64,000 nucleotides of DNA. It comes from Oligoflexia bacterium. Its GTDB lineage: Bacteria > Bdellovibrionota > UBA1018. The notes under the pieces are model-generated. The model saw nothing but the letters and a program-made list of their open reading frames with translations. It searched no databases and was not told the DNA's origin. The translations under genes were made by a program, and so were the position numbers. Shown here piece after piece: positions 18,535 through 28,654 of the stretch. The first letter of the stretch is position 1, and each line of letters begins with the position of its first letter. Where the stretch lies: the NCBI GenBank assembly GCA_963758495.1, contig CAVWVI010000004.1:1-64000 (forward strand). Direction: 5' to 3'.

Positions 18535-19409
18535 TGTAATCGCTCTCTCTCGCAGGGTTCGACATGAATATTGACAGATGCGCGTGGGAAAACCTCTATA
18601 ATCTTAGACTCCAACTCATCACACATGGCATGTGATGCCTCCACTGACATCCCCCCGCAAACTACCAGATGAAAATCAATATGTCGAGTCGCACCACTCT
18701 TGCGAGTGCGAAGATCATGAGCCTCAATCAGGGTAGATTGAGAACTCACCAATAAGGATCGGATCGTTTGAATTTCATGCTCAGGAAGTTGAGTATCGGC
18801 TAATTCAAGTAATGCATCCTTCACCTGTTTTGCCGAAATAAACAAGATATAGGCCGCAACAACAAAAGCAATCAAAGGATCAATGAATAACCAACCCGTG
18901 AACTTGAGGACAAGCAAACCCAGTAAAACCCCAGCACTGGCTACAACATCCGAAAGAAAATGAAGAGCATTGACATGAAGAGCACTGCTCTCGGTCTCCT
19001 TCGCTGCTAAAGAATTATGACGATAGATCCAATAACTGACGATCAGAGAAAACACGATGCTCGCAATGGCCAATCCCTCGTAATGAATCGGCTCAGGTTG
19101 CCTCAGATGAATCACTCCTTCATAAGTAATTAAAAGAGCAGCAACAACGAGCAAAAGTGATTCAAAAAGACTAGAGAGCGTCTCAATTTTACCATGCCCA
19201 AACGGATGATCTTCATCTGCTGGTTTTCCCGCCTCTCTCACGGTAAAAAAGGACATAGTGGCAGAGATCAAATCTAAAAATGAATGAATCCCTTCCGAGA
19301 GCACACCTACCGAATGAGACATATATGCGACAAGTAATTTAAGTGCGGTCAACCCAATCGTTGCACAAAGCGCAAATGTAGCCGCTCGATGTCGAATTTT
19401 AATGGTAAT
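18498..19409 (-). CDS. Cation diffusion facilitator transporter (probable ATT start)
   Basis: SEGIHSFLD, HPFGHGKIE, HFLSD motifs. The frame stays open upstream of TTG 19352 through TM1 to ATT 19409, 8 nt after AGGAGG. Confidence 0.88.
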   Translation of the reverse strand: MTIKIRHRAATFALCATIGLTALKLLVAYMSHSVGVLSEGIHSFLDLISATMSFFTVREAGKPADEDHPFGHGKIETLSSLFESLLLVVAALLITYEGVIHLRQPEPIHYEGLAIASIVFSLIVSYWIYRHNSLAAKETESSALHVNALHFLSDVVASAGVLLGLLVLKFTGWLFIDPLIAFVVAAYILFISAKQVKDALLELADTQLPEHEIQTIRSLLVSSQSTLIEAHDLRTRKSGATRHIDFHLVVCGGMSVEASHAMCDELESKIIEVFPRASVNIHVEPCERERLQCHLTCVQIQKK

Positions 19410-20022
19410 AAACGACTCCTCCTGAAAAGTAGGTGTACGCGTTATTTAAATTCACTCCAAATTCCACCACACTTCTGATATGTTCGCTATGCTGAAATAA
19501 TGACCCCACTACAACTGAGACAAGAGATTGATAAGCCCCTCCAGAAAGGGAAAGTCCCAAAGGGATCGACATAAAAGGTTCGATATTTTGAATATCCCCC
19601 TGAGTCATTTTTACACTCTTATGGATATAAGGAATAGCAGTGATTTCCAAACTTCCTGCATTCGGCAATTGGACAAATAAAGGTTGAAGAGCAATGCCAA
19701 TACCCGGCTGTTTCTCAATATCGGGGAAAAAATCAAAAGTATAAGCCGCCCCCACTCTAAAACCTCTCACCCCTCCACCAGTGCCTATGATGCCGGTCAA
19801 ATTACTGAGGTCATTGATGCCTTGGGAATAGCGAAAATTCGCCCCCACTGCAGCACCCCCTGTAAAATCCAGCTCAGGCTCCACCCCAATCGAAAACTCT
19901 CCTGGGTTTATAAAGTGTGGAATATTGAATACGCCTGTTGCATACACCTTCGAACTGACTCCGAGGGTATTGAGCAATAGAAAAGCTGTATAAAAGGAAA
20001 TGAGGAATTTTAAGTTTTTCAT
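19399..20022 (-). CDS. Exported hypothetical protein, probable outer-membrane beta-barrel
   Basis: Signal peptide, alternating amphipathic strands, aromatic C-terminus (GVVYYH). Confidence 0.6.
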   Translation of the reverse strand: MKNLKFLISFYTAFLLLNTLGVSSKVYATGVFNIPHFINPGEFSIGVEPELDFTGGAAVGANFRYSQGINDLSNLTGIIGTGGGVRGFRVGAAYTFDFFPDIEKQPGIGIALQPLFVQLPNAGSLEITAIPYIHKSVKMTQGDIQNIEPFMSIPLGLSLSGGAYQSLVSVVVGSLFQHSEHIRSVVEFGVNLNNAYTYFSGGVVYYH

Positions 20023-20230
20023 AGTTAAGTCGCCTCCTGATTCCCTTTCAAATTCCGCCTCAAAGTCCTGTAAGTCAAGTAATTTACTTGCTTATTTCCT
20101 ATCGAGGCCCAGGGCCAGAAATAGCTAATTCATATTTTTAGATTGAGAACAATTGACAGGACAATTAAGAGCGCGTAATAAAAGGACACTGAGTTTTAAC
20201 ATCAATGGGTTTAACATCAAGTTTTAATAT

Positions 20231-20307
20231 GGTGGCCATAGCTCAGTTGGTAGAGCACCGGATTGTGATTCCGGTGGTCGCGGGTTCGAGCCCCGTTGGT
20301 CACCCCA
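20231..20307 (+). tRNA. tRNA-His (GTG)
   Basis: GGTGGCCATAGCTCAGTTGGTAGAGCACCGGATTGTGATTCCGGTGGTCGCGGGTTCGAGCCCCGTTGGTCACCCCA; anticodon GTG at 20265-20267, G-1 and encoded CCA. Confidence 0.97.
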
Positions 20308-20313
20308 ACTTTC

Positions 20314-20359
20314 GGCCTCGGTTTTGATAAAAAGTCAGAATCGAGGCCTATTTATTTGA
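20314..20359 (+). terminator. Intrinsic terminator after tRNA-His
   Basis: GGCCTCGGTTTTGA...TCAGAATCGAGGCC stem followed by TATTTATTTG. Confidence 0.65.
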
Positions 20360-20642
20360 AACTAATAAACAAGTCATAGCAACCACTTATCAAAATCGTA
20401 ATTTCTCAGTTGTCACAAAGCATCACCAAAAATCACAGCAAATCACAGAATTTTGTCTGATTTTTGTCAGACGCACGTGACTCCGATTTCAGTCCAAAAG
20501 TTTTCATGTCTACAAACTGAGTCGGGCGGAATGACAGTGCTTTTCGAATCGAGAGGACACTGTCGTCTACCTGCTGAGTAAATCCCACCTTCAAGGCCCT
20601 GACACCGGGACAAATCCCGGGTGTCCATTTCGGGTTCCCGAG

Positions 20643-21059
20643 ATGCAACAAAACTCAAAAACGAGGGTCATCATGTCAAAATCCAGAAGTAGCCAAAAGC
20701 GAATCACAAAAGAAGCCATCGTCCTCAGGCATATGAGGCAAATGAAAAAGCTGTCGTTATCACAGGCCGGGGCAATCATAGGCATCACCGGGTCTGCGAT
20801 TGCGCACATCGAGCACGGACGGATGGATTTGTCTCGGGCTCGGATCAAGACTATGGTCCAGGCTTATGGGTACACGACTGACGAGTACCTGGACTTCTTT
20901 GACCGCAAGGAGGTACCAATCAATCTTCGGGATGAGTGCATCCAGATCGTTAGGCTTTTGGATCATGCGAAACTTCAGGCCGTGTATGCGGTCCTGATTA
21001 ACTTTATGCCTGGAGGATCTACCCGGACGGAACAGAATCCGAGCCGGTTTGGTGAGTGA
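20643..21059 (+). CDS. XRE-family HTH regulator
   Basis: LRHMRQMKKLSLSQAGAIIGITGSAIAHIEHGR helix-turn-helix. Confidence 0.85.
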   Translation: MQQNSKTRVIMSKSRSSQKRITKEAIVLRHMRQMKKLSLSQAGAIIGITGSAIAHIEHGRMDLSRARIKTMVQAYGYTTDEYLDFFDRKEVPINLRDECIQIVRLLDHAKLQAVYAVLINFMPGGSTRTEQNPSRFGE

Positions 21060-21192
21060 GAATCCAGACCCCGTCTGCAAGGTAGCGTCCAGACATGAAC
21101 CTCCCGCTTTCCCCAGAGGAAGCGGAAGAGTGCAGACGTGTATCCAAAATTTATGAGACGCAGGGCGCAGAATGTGAGATTGATTTGAACCA

Positions 21193-21624
21193 ATGAAAAA
21201 GCTTAAGCTCAACAAAAAGTTCAAGCCCCTACCTTGTGATGAAGGAGAAGAATTTTGTCCCAACGGGATCTTCGAATTCAACGTCACCAAACTCCTTCGA
21301 TACATCAAGGAAAATTCGGCTTTGTTTCCGGTTGAACAGATCAGTGTCTCAAAAGCCAGAGCATTTACATCTCCAAACCTGGATGAAAAAACAATCCAAA
21401 CCGCAGATCTTTCGATTCCTATCATCCTTGCTGAAATTGCTCCTGGACGGTTTAACGCAATTGACGGTCGCCACCGTCTGGAGCGAGCATTCCGAGAGGG
21501 CATGAGCACCATTCCAACCTATCGAGTTACAGTAGACCACCATCCTGCTTTTCTTACATCGGAACGTGCCTATCAAACCTATGTCAAATACTGGAATGAG
21601 AAAATCGACGAACTGGAAGGTTGA
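21193..21624 (+). CDS. ParB/Srx N-terminal domain protein
   Basis: PIILAE..NAIDGRHRL motif. Confidence 0.75.
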   Translation: MKKLKLNKKFKPLPCDEGEEFCPNGIFEFNVTKLLRYIKENSALFPVEQISVSKARAFTSPNLDEKTIQTADLSIPIILAEIAPGRFNAIDGRHRLERAFREGMSTIPTYRVTVDHHPAFLTSERAYQTYVKYWNEKIDELEG

Positions 21625-22004
21625 TGTATGCCCTCAGACAAATCTCTACCAACCGTAATTTCTTGGAAAGAGCAGAAAAAGCAATTTCCGCAGCTTGGAT
21701 TGGATCGTTTGGTCAACCTTCTTTGGGATCGGTCTCAAGCAGAGTATTCGTCCTTGGATAGAGGACCAAACTGGGCAATATATGCCTGATATTCCTTTTC
21801 AAGTCGATCTGAGTGAGTCACAACGCTCTCTTTGAGATGTACGAGATGATCTTTGTTGATCAAGCTCACTGCTGCTAGGTACTCGTCATATCTAAAGTGC
21901 CTTCCCTGCCCTTAACTCAAACAACAATTAAAGTTCGGCTTCTATTTCCCCGAAATAGGAACTGCGCAGTTAATAAAAGTAAATGAACAACTATCTCCAA
22001 AGAC

Positions 22005-22646
22005 ATGAACCATAGCCAAAAACCCTCACAAAAACGTCAGCGAAGACTGGTTACCAGACGACAATTCCTCAAATCTTTAAACAAACGTACCAATCAGGAT
22101 CTAGACTCAGATTCAAGTCTCCCACTCCCTCAAGTTGACAAACAAAGGAAACCATATTGGAAGCACGCACTGTCCACAATAACAGTACTTGTTTTCATAC
22201 TGTTTCTAATTGTCTCAACCTACTATTTTTGGCGGTATCACAACACCGACGAAGGAATGGTTCCTATTAGATTAACCGACGAAAAGAAGCTAGCGATCAA
22301 CTTAACTTTAGACGCCCTTAGATCAATTGGAAATTTATCAGTAGCCATGATTAGTGGGCTCATTAGCCTATTCTTTGTCTTTCCACGCTTGGTTTCCAAT
22401 AGGAGACTCTTTTTTATAGCGTGGCTAACAAGCATTGGATTGCTCGTGATATCATTCTCTTTCTACTTCATTGGGTATAAAAAAATAATAGAGACACTAT
22501 ATCATCATGGAACAGTCGACATTACTTCACCTTATTTCCAATTCTGGATTGAGGCCCAAGTGAACCTCTTTCTTTTGGCCTTATTTAGCTCATTTCTGAC
22601 GGTCTTAAACTCAATTACAGGGGGACGGCATGACAGTACGCCTTGA
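22005..22646 (+). CDS. Hypothetical 4-TM membrane protein
   Basis: 213-aa ORF with four hydrophobic helices; overlaps the next gene. Confidence 0.7.
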   Translation: MNHSQKPSQKRQRRLVTRRQFLKSLNKRTNQDLDSDSSLPLPQVDKQRKPYWKHALSTITVLVFILFLIVSTYYFWRYHNTDEGMVPIRLTDEKKLAINLTLDALRSIGNLSVAMISGLISLFFVFPRLVSNRRLFFIAWLTSIGLLVISFSFYFIGYKKIIETLYHHGTVDITSPYFQFWIEAQVNLFLLALFSSFLTVLNSITGGRHDSTP

Positions 22647-23433
22647 CTTCTATTCTATAAGCGCTGCTTTGCTATTGGTGTTTTCCATAAATCAAACGTT
22701 TGCGGAAGAACAAATAGATACGCGATATGAAAACTCTTTATATAGAGCCTCCAAAACCTTACAAATAGAGGCAAACCCAAAAGCTATCAGTAAATTATGG
22801 CAAAGCATTCAATCTGGAAATGACTCTTATTTTCATACGGAAGAATACAAAGCTGACAAAATTCCAGCCTGGTTTGCACAGTATTTACTGGAAAAAAAGA
22901 AACTTGGCTATAATTCACTAGACGGCCAGAATGATCTATTTGATTTAGCATTATTAAAAGACCACAATATGAGTGGTGAATTAGTTGGAATTAAGCTCAA
23001 AGACAATCCATACGGATATGATATCAAATTAAGTAAACCAAATCGTACTCTTAAGATTTTTGGCAATCACAGTACTAATTTCCTCGGAGTTGTTCTACCA
23101 GTCTTTCAAGAAGACACATCTTTTGAAATAGCCTCTCTAGATCCAGTCCCACAACTAATACTATTTGATGGAAACCCTACTCCAACTTCTTTTCTCAACA
23201 AGGAACGATTCAATGATGCTGGTGCTACGATTTATGTAACAAGTGAGCCAACTGACGCAACCGTATTTTTCAATGACAAGGAATACTACAAAAAAACTAA
23301 TACCGCCTGTATTCGAGACGCAGGTATAATTCACATAAGAATCGAAAGAATAGGCTATCATCCTTGGATACGAGAGCGATCTGTACCTCCAGGAGTCACA
23401 TGGAACATAAATGCAAAACTGAAAAAGCTTTGA
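22630..23433 (+). CDS. Exported PEGA-domain protein
   Basis: Signal peptide; C-terminal YVTSEPTDATVFFND...RIERIGYHPW PEGA pattern. Confidence 0.7.
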   Translation: MTVRLDFYSISAALLLVFSINQTFAEEQIDTRYENSLYRASKTLQIEANPKAISKLWQSIQSGNDSYFHTEEYKADKIPAWFAQYLLEKKKLGYNSLDGQNDLFDLALLKDHNMSGELVGIKLKDNPYGYDIKLSKPNRTLKIFGNHSTNFLGVVLPVFQEDTSFEIASLDPVPQLILFDGNPTPTSFLNKERFNDAGATIYVTSEPTDATVFFNDKEYYKKTNTACIRDAGIIHIRIERIGYHPWIRERSVPPGVTWNINAKLKKL

Positions 23434-23488
23434 ACTCCCTTATCTGTCCGTGCGATAGCGAGCATTCAAACCATATAGAAATCAATTC

Positions 23489-24035
23489 TTAAAGCTCTGG
23501 GCAGTGCTGAGTAATGAGAAGCCTCGTCAACTGTTCACCCCTATTTACAATTAACTCTAAGTCCAACTCTGACATCGCAGAAAGGTTGGTAGGATAAGAA
23601 CAAACACTTTCCCTACTCACCAGATCAGCCGGAATATATGGCAGCCATTCATCATCTTGTCCGAGATAAGAGTAGATCAATCCTTTAATTCGACCTGTGG
23701 CAAGATGATCGTAAAGCCTTTTCGTGGCAGACTCCTGAACACGTCGAAAGACGGTTTCAAAACTTCTCACCACTCGCGAAAGCAGCCAGTACGGCCATGG
23801 TCCTGCACCATCGAATGATCCAGCACCGGCGTTGCAAGCAATGATGTATTCGCATGGAAAAGTATTCGTACTGATGCTCTCATCCCTGCCTGGCTCAAGA
23901 GGCGTAACTCCGATATTCTCGTAAACACCCCCGTCAGTCAAAAGTGCACGCTGACTCTTCACCAATCCTTTTCTTGAGCATGAAAATATGCGATCAAGAG
24001 CTGGCAAGAACGTCGGATAGCATGCCGAGGCCGCC
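23489..24035 (-). pseudogene. Patatin-like phospholipase, C-terminal half only
   Basis: AASACYP and TDGGVYENIG present, no GxSxG. Similarity stops exactly at the inverted repeat beginning 24036. Confidence 0.8.
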
Positions 24036-24411
24036 TGTAAGAAAGCAAGCGATTTTTGATACACATCTCCAATCACCTTTGTTGATATTTTAATGATCAA
24101 CGCTGGCGTCCCTGGACTCCGCACTAGCTCAGAATCTGATCCGTAAGTGAAATCGACGCAAATACGATCTTCAATAGAGGGACCACTTTTTTATGATTGC
24201 TTTTCAATTGTCTAAATAGAAAGTCCGTTTAAACACGCCTTCATTCGCCTGTTTGGGCCTCATTGCTGAACCGCGGATAGTATTGTTCGGCTTCAGGTCC
24301 AGAGTAACGGTTTTTAGGGCACCCTTAAAAGTGCCCCGTTACTCTGGACTCGTCGCCTGTGAAAAAATCGTCGACCGAACAATACGTATTTTTGAATACA
24401 GCCCGTGCCAC

Positions 24412-26340
24412 GTAGGTAGGTGGGACATCTTGCGACGCCCACCCCCATTAGAACTGTGCATGCTCTATTAAAGCACACAGCTCCCTCACTAACACCGGAC
24501 GGACTCCGGTTGTATCCTCGAGCTAAAGAACAGATTTCGCATACGAGGGTTTTCGGGAAATCGCACTTTTTCTAAGACTTTAGAGAATCTTACCCAATCA
24601 AAACTCCGTTTCTGACTTCGTCGATTTAGGTATTTGAAAAGCAATTTCTTCACTTCATGAATGAACTGATTGACTCGCTTCTCATTATCATTGATCGCAA
24701 AGTAGTTGATGTACCCTTCTGTCACCGATTTCATTCGAGGAAGAAGGTTCTTATCGTGACGGTGATTTTGAATATGGCTTTTGAGTTCTCCTATTTTCTT
24801 GCGAAAACGCTTGGGACACGTGCGCCGTTTCACACGCCAGAACCTCTTGCTATCCTTCTTCCTAATTGAGATACCCCAAACATGAAGAAATCCCAAAAAG
24901 GTGAAGGTTGGCATTTCGGAACCTTTCAGAGCATAGCTGGCTGCGGTTCTTTGTCCGCATGCCACAATTTTAGTCTTCTCCTCATTGAGACTAATTCCAA
25001 ATTTATTTAACCTTTCTGTGAGTGATTTGAGAAATGTCTCTGCATCCACGAGGCTTTCGAAGGTGAAAACCGCATCGTCCGCGTAACGCACTATGCGTAC
25101 TGTTCCTCGGTAAGACTTCTCGTTGATCCAGCAGAACCACATATCTATCACATAATGAAGGTATAAATTTGAGACCAGAGGTGAAAGAATTGAGCCCTGT
25201 GGAGAGCCTAATTCATTTCGCACTGGTATTCCTTTCTCATTCAAGGTGGGAGCTTTGAGTAGTTTCATAACTAATCTCAAGAACCTTTCGTCCGTTATCT
25301 TCATTTTGAGAAAACGAAGTAGTGGTTCGTGAGGGATTGTGTTGAAGTATTTTCGCAAATCAATGTCCAGTGCTGCAGCACATTTTTATCGCATCAGGTG
25401 CTCATTTAAGGCAATTAATGCCGTGTCACATCCCCTCTTGGGTCTGAATCCGTGGGAGCAATTCAGGAACCATGGTTCATATATTCTCTCAAGAATTCTT
25501 CGTACAGCTTCTTGCACAATTTTGTCTTCAAAACAAGCTATGGCAAGAGGTCTGGTACTCCCGTCAGCTTTCGGAATCTCTCGAATCCTAGAGGCTTGAG
25601 GATGATAACTCCCTCTGCGAATTTTAGTTAGAAGACCTGTCAAATTCCCATTGAGATTCTTTCCGTATTCCTCCTTTGTTATTCCATCTATTCCCACAGC
25701 TTTGTTTCCATCAAGGCTGTGATAACATTCGCGTAGGACTTCAAGATTAATAATATGTCCAAGGTTATTGAACACCGCCTTTCTATCCCCTCGCGATCTT
25801 TGCTCTACTCGGTCTAGTTTTGTTGGCAGGTCTAAGTGGGCCCTATGCTGAGTGGCTCGCATCCTGTTTCTCTTTTCCGATTGTTAGTTACTGGGGCCCT
25901 TCCCTCCACGGTCATTACTCGCTTCCCAGGTACTACAACCCCTCCGTCATCCCAAAGCTCATCACACCTCACTTAGGTTGCATCCGTTGTAAGGCATTAC
26001 AGTATCCTACTGAAGTTTGGGACTTCCCAAGTTGACTCACTGGTCTCTCCACACATGCCAGGCTCTTTGACTCCGCTGGGTCCCGAGAGTCTCGCTTTAA
26101 CGACTGCCAGGATTTAGGCTTCCATCTTGTCAACGACGTCGCCCATTTCAGAAATTCATCAAATTGTCGGAGCTCTTTCACTTCACGCTTTCGCATTCCG
26201 GCCTATGTGGTTCGCTCCATACGCTTGGTGCGCCCCGTTGCCGGGGCTGGTCACCCAATGTTCGCTATGACATAGAGTAGCTACCTCCTTTGTCAGCAGG
26301 ACTCACACCTGCTAGACCAGTGGCCCTTCGCTTGGCGCAC
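24412..26340 (-). mobile_element. Group II intron (1929 nt)
   Basis: 5' GTGCG at 26340. Domain V/VI GAGCTGTGTGCTTTAATAGAGCATGCACAGTTC...CCCACCTACCTAC ends at 24412. EBS1 TGACAA (26127-26132) is complementary to the 5' exon end TTGTCA. Confidence 0.93.
24489..25862 (-). pseudogene. ltrA: Group II intron reverse transcriptase/maturase with in-frame TAA
   Basis: GIDG, RPLAI..EDKIVQ, HGFRP, PQGSILSP, RYADD, FLGF motifs. The two ORFs are in frame, split by TAA at 25386-25388. No endonuclease domain. Confidence 0.9.
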
Positions 26341-26567
26341 TGACAATTTTGGATATAATACGGGGGCGTGCCAGTCGCTACCTTTGGGCCTGTCTTATCG
26401 TTAGACGACCACGCTTCCTAATGGGCCTCATCCCCCATCCCAAGCAATCAGTATCCCTTCCAGAGATCTTCCACTGACCTTCAGTTTGAACGTCCTACAA
26501 GGAGGAACAAATTCGGTCTTCAGGATACGCCTATTTTCCATGCGTAATCAGATTACTTGAAATGTTT

Positions 26568-27608
26568 TCAAACGTCTTTATTTAGCATTTTACGAAATTG
26601 AGCTTTCTCCTCTTGTTGCTTTTCATAGTCATCTTGATAAGTTCCATTATTCTTAAGAAGGGCTATACTGAGTGCCGCAATTTTTCTAGCTAGAGCCCTT
26701 TTGGCGTCCTGATAAGGAATCTCTTTTCTTTGTTCTTCGTAATAATTTCGTAAGAACCCTTCACTTCTCATTGCACTTTCGGCTGCTCCTAAAAAAACTT
26801 CTTTTAGATCTGCCCTTCCATGAATTTTTTTATTTCCATAGATTTTTCCATCACTCATTTGGATATGTCTTGCCAACATACAATAAGCCCAGAATTGGTG
26901 TTTATTCTTAAAACGGTGCGGTGTGCAAACTACAGCTGTGATAATACTTGCTCGAACCGTACTAATCCCGGGAATAGTCATGAGATTTTTAATAGGTTTA
27001 TATTTTTTAGAATTACGCTGAAGAACCTCACGGTATTCTCGTTTTCTTTTCTCTAAACCATCAATCTGCCAATAAAGATTCTCAGCAACAAACCGTGCAC
27101 TCTCATGAGACAGTTCTTTTAATCGGTCTCTCGTTTTTTCATAAAAATCTGTTTGTGATGTATCGATCGCCTCGGATCTAAATACTGCCTTCAGTCTATT
27201 CTTAGTTCGAATGATTTCTTCTACTAAGGCCAAATAGCCGTACACTAGAACCCTCAGCTGGATCCAGTGACTTTCATCATGATAAACGGCAACCAAATGC
27301 CCCGTTCTAAGTTCCTGAGCTAAATGTAGAGCATCTCTAAAGTCTGTTTTTGCTCCCTGTTTTTCAGCTACATAAACAGGATTACAAACTACCAGGTGAT
27401 CTACCTCTTTTTTTAGTATGATATACAACCACTGAGCCAGATGCATTTCTTCAAATGTCAGGAACTTCTTCCCCTTAATCTTTCTTATGAATCCAAGTAA
27501 ATTTGCCTCTGTAGTGGCAAAATTTTGGCGATCAATATTTTTCCCTTTTTCATCCACGACTGCGACGGTTGTTGCTGCATGTGCATCCATTCCAATATAA
27601 TAGTTCAT
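26568..27608 (-). CDS. IS110-family (DEDD) recombinase/transposase, intact
   Basis: IGMDAH, TFEE, KTDFRDA DEDD residues; TIPGI and QMSDG C-terminal domain; RALARK. Confidence 0.92.
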   Translation of the reverse strand: MNYYIGMDAHAATTVAVVDEKGKNIDRQNFATTEANLLGFIRKIKGKKFLTFEEMHLAQWLYIILKKEVDHLVVCNPVYVAEKQGAKTDFRDALHLAQELRTGHLVAVYHDESHWIQLRVLVYGYLALVEEIIRTKNRLKAVFRSEAIDTSQTDFYEKTRDRLKELSHESARFVAENLYWQIDGLEKRKREYREVLQRNSKKYKPIKNLMTIPGISTVRASIITAVVCTPHRFKNKHQFWAYCMLARHIQMSDGKIYGNKKIHGRADLKEVFLGAAESAMRSEGFLRNYYEEQRKEIPYQDAKRALARKIAALSIALLKNNGTYQDDYEKQQEEKAQFRKMLNKDV

Positions 27609-27671
27609 AACAACGTTCCCTCCTTGGCACGCTGGTTAGACTGGTTGAAACTACTTTACGAAGCAGTTTCT

Positions 27672-27680
27672 ATTATACCA
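27672..27680 (-). promoter_or_regulatory. Extended -10 promoter of the IS110 gene
   Basis: TGGTATAAT about 64 nt upstream of the ATG, followed by an AAGGAGG RBS. Confidence 0.6.
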
Positions 27681-27780
27681 CTCCCCAGATTGAGGCCCAT
27701 TGAGCGATTAGCCCACAAAGCTTACGGTCTTAGTACCGCAGCTCTGAGGGGACGTTGCTTTCTTACATTGTCGCTACCAC

Positions 27781-28581
27781 ATGACTCGAATCATGGAGAA
27801 CCTGGCGAGACTTTCTGGCGACGTTGAGGCCGAGGTAGCAATTCATGTCAAAAACATTTCAAGCGGCTACGATTACCTTAAGATTGCAGAACTCTATGCT
27901 TTACACAAGAACTCTGACAAAGCTGTCGAGTGGGCCGAAAAGGGCCTGAAGTCGTTTTCCAAGCAGCCTGATGGGAGACTTAGAAAGTTTCTCGCGAAAG
28001 AGTATCATCGCCTTGAGCGTCATGACGAAGCAATGGCTCTGATCTGGGGTGAGTTCGTTGACAATCCTTCTCTCGACAACTTCAAATCTTTGAAAACTCA
28101 CGCTGAGATAACTACCTCTTGGCCCGAATGGCGCAACAAATGCCTTGAACACATTCACTTGGGAATCCAGAAAGCAAAAGTCGCGAAGCCTCGCAGCTAC
28201 AACTCGACAGACTATTTATGGGAGCAGAGCCGCAATAGCTCGACCTTAGTTGAGCTATACCTGTGGGAAAAAGATGCGAACGCTGCTTGGAAGCAAGCTC
28301 AGACCGATGGAGCCAATACTCAGCTCTGGCATCAGCTTGCCGAAATGCGGGAGAAAACCCATCCGGCTGATGCCGCTGCAGCTTACAGGAAAATTGTATT
28401 CGAGACAGTGTCTCGCGGAGATAATGATTCCTACCGTGAAGCCGTTAAACTTCTAGGTAAGATCCAGTCGCTCATGAAGGAAGCGAAGGTTCAAGATCGG
28501 TTTTCCGTATACCTTGAAGAGGTCCGCGCAACATTCAAGTCCAAGAGAAACTTTATCAAGCTACTTGATGCAAAGTTTTAA
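27781..28581 (+). pseudogene. C-terminal helical-repeat part of a SWIM-zinc-finger family protein
   Basis: YLKIAE..AVEWAEKG...KSKRNFIKLL C-terminus typical of the family; 5' end cut at the 27767 repeat. Confidence 0.6.
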
Positions 28582-28654
28582 GGTTTTATTCTTTAAACCG
28601 CCACTCTTTCCCATTCCACCCCATTGCCCTTAAATAGGTCTGAACTCCTACAAG

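Larger units (their letters stand above)
24036..27767 (-). mobile_element. Composite element bounded by a perfect 13-bp inverted repeat, containing an IS110 gene and a group II intron
   Basis: TGTAAGAAAGCAA at 24036-24048 and TTGCTTTCTTACA at 27755-27767. Truncated genes abut both ends. Confidence 0.8.

Noticed and set aside
23489..24124. Patatin as a CBASS effector
   Set aside because: The catalytic N-half is missing and no CD-NTase is nearby; the ORF's first residues are element DNA.
24489..25862. The RT as the DGR or retron enzyme serving the VR at 41195
   Set aside because: It lies inside a complete group II intron (GTGCG, domain V/VI, EBS1), has YADD plus a maturase domain, and has no adjacent Avd or AAC-rich TR.
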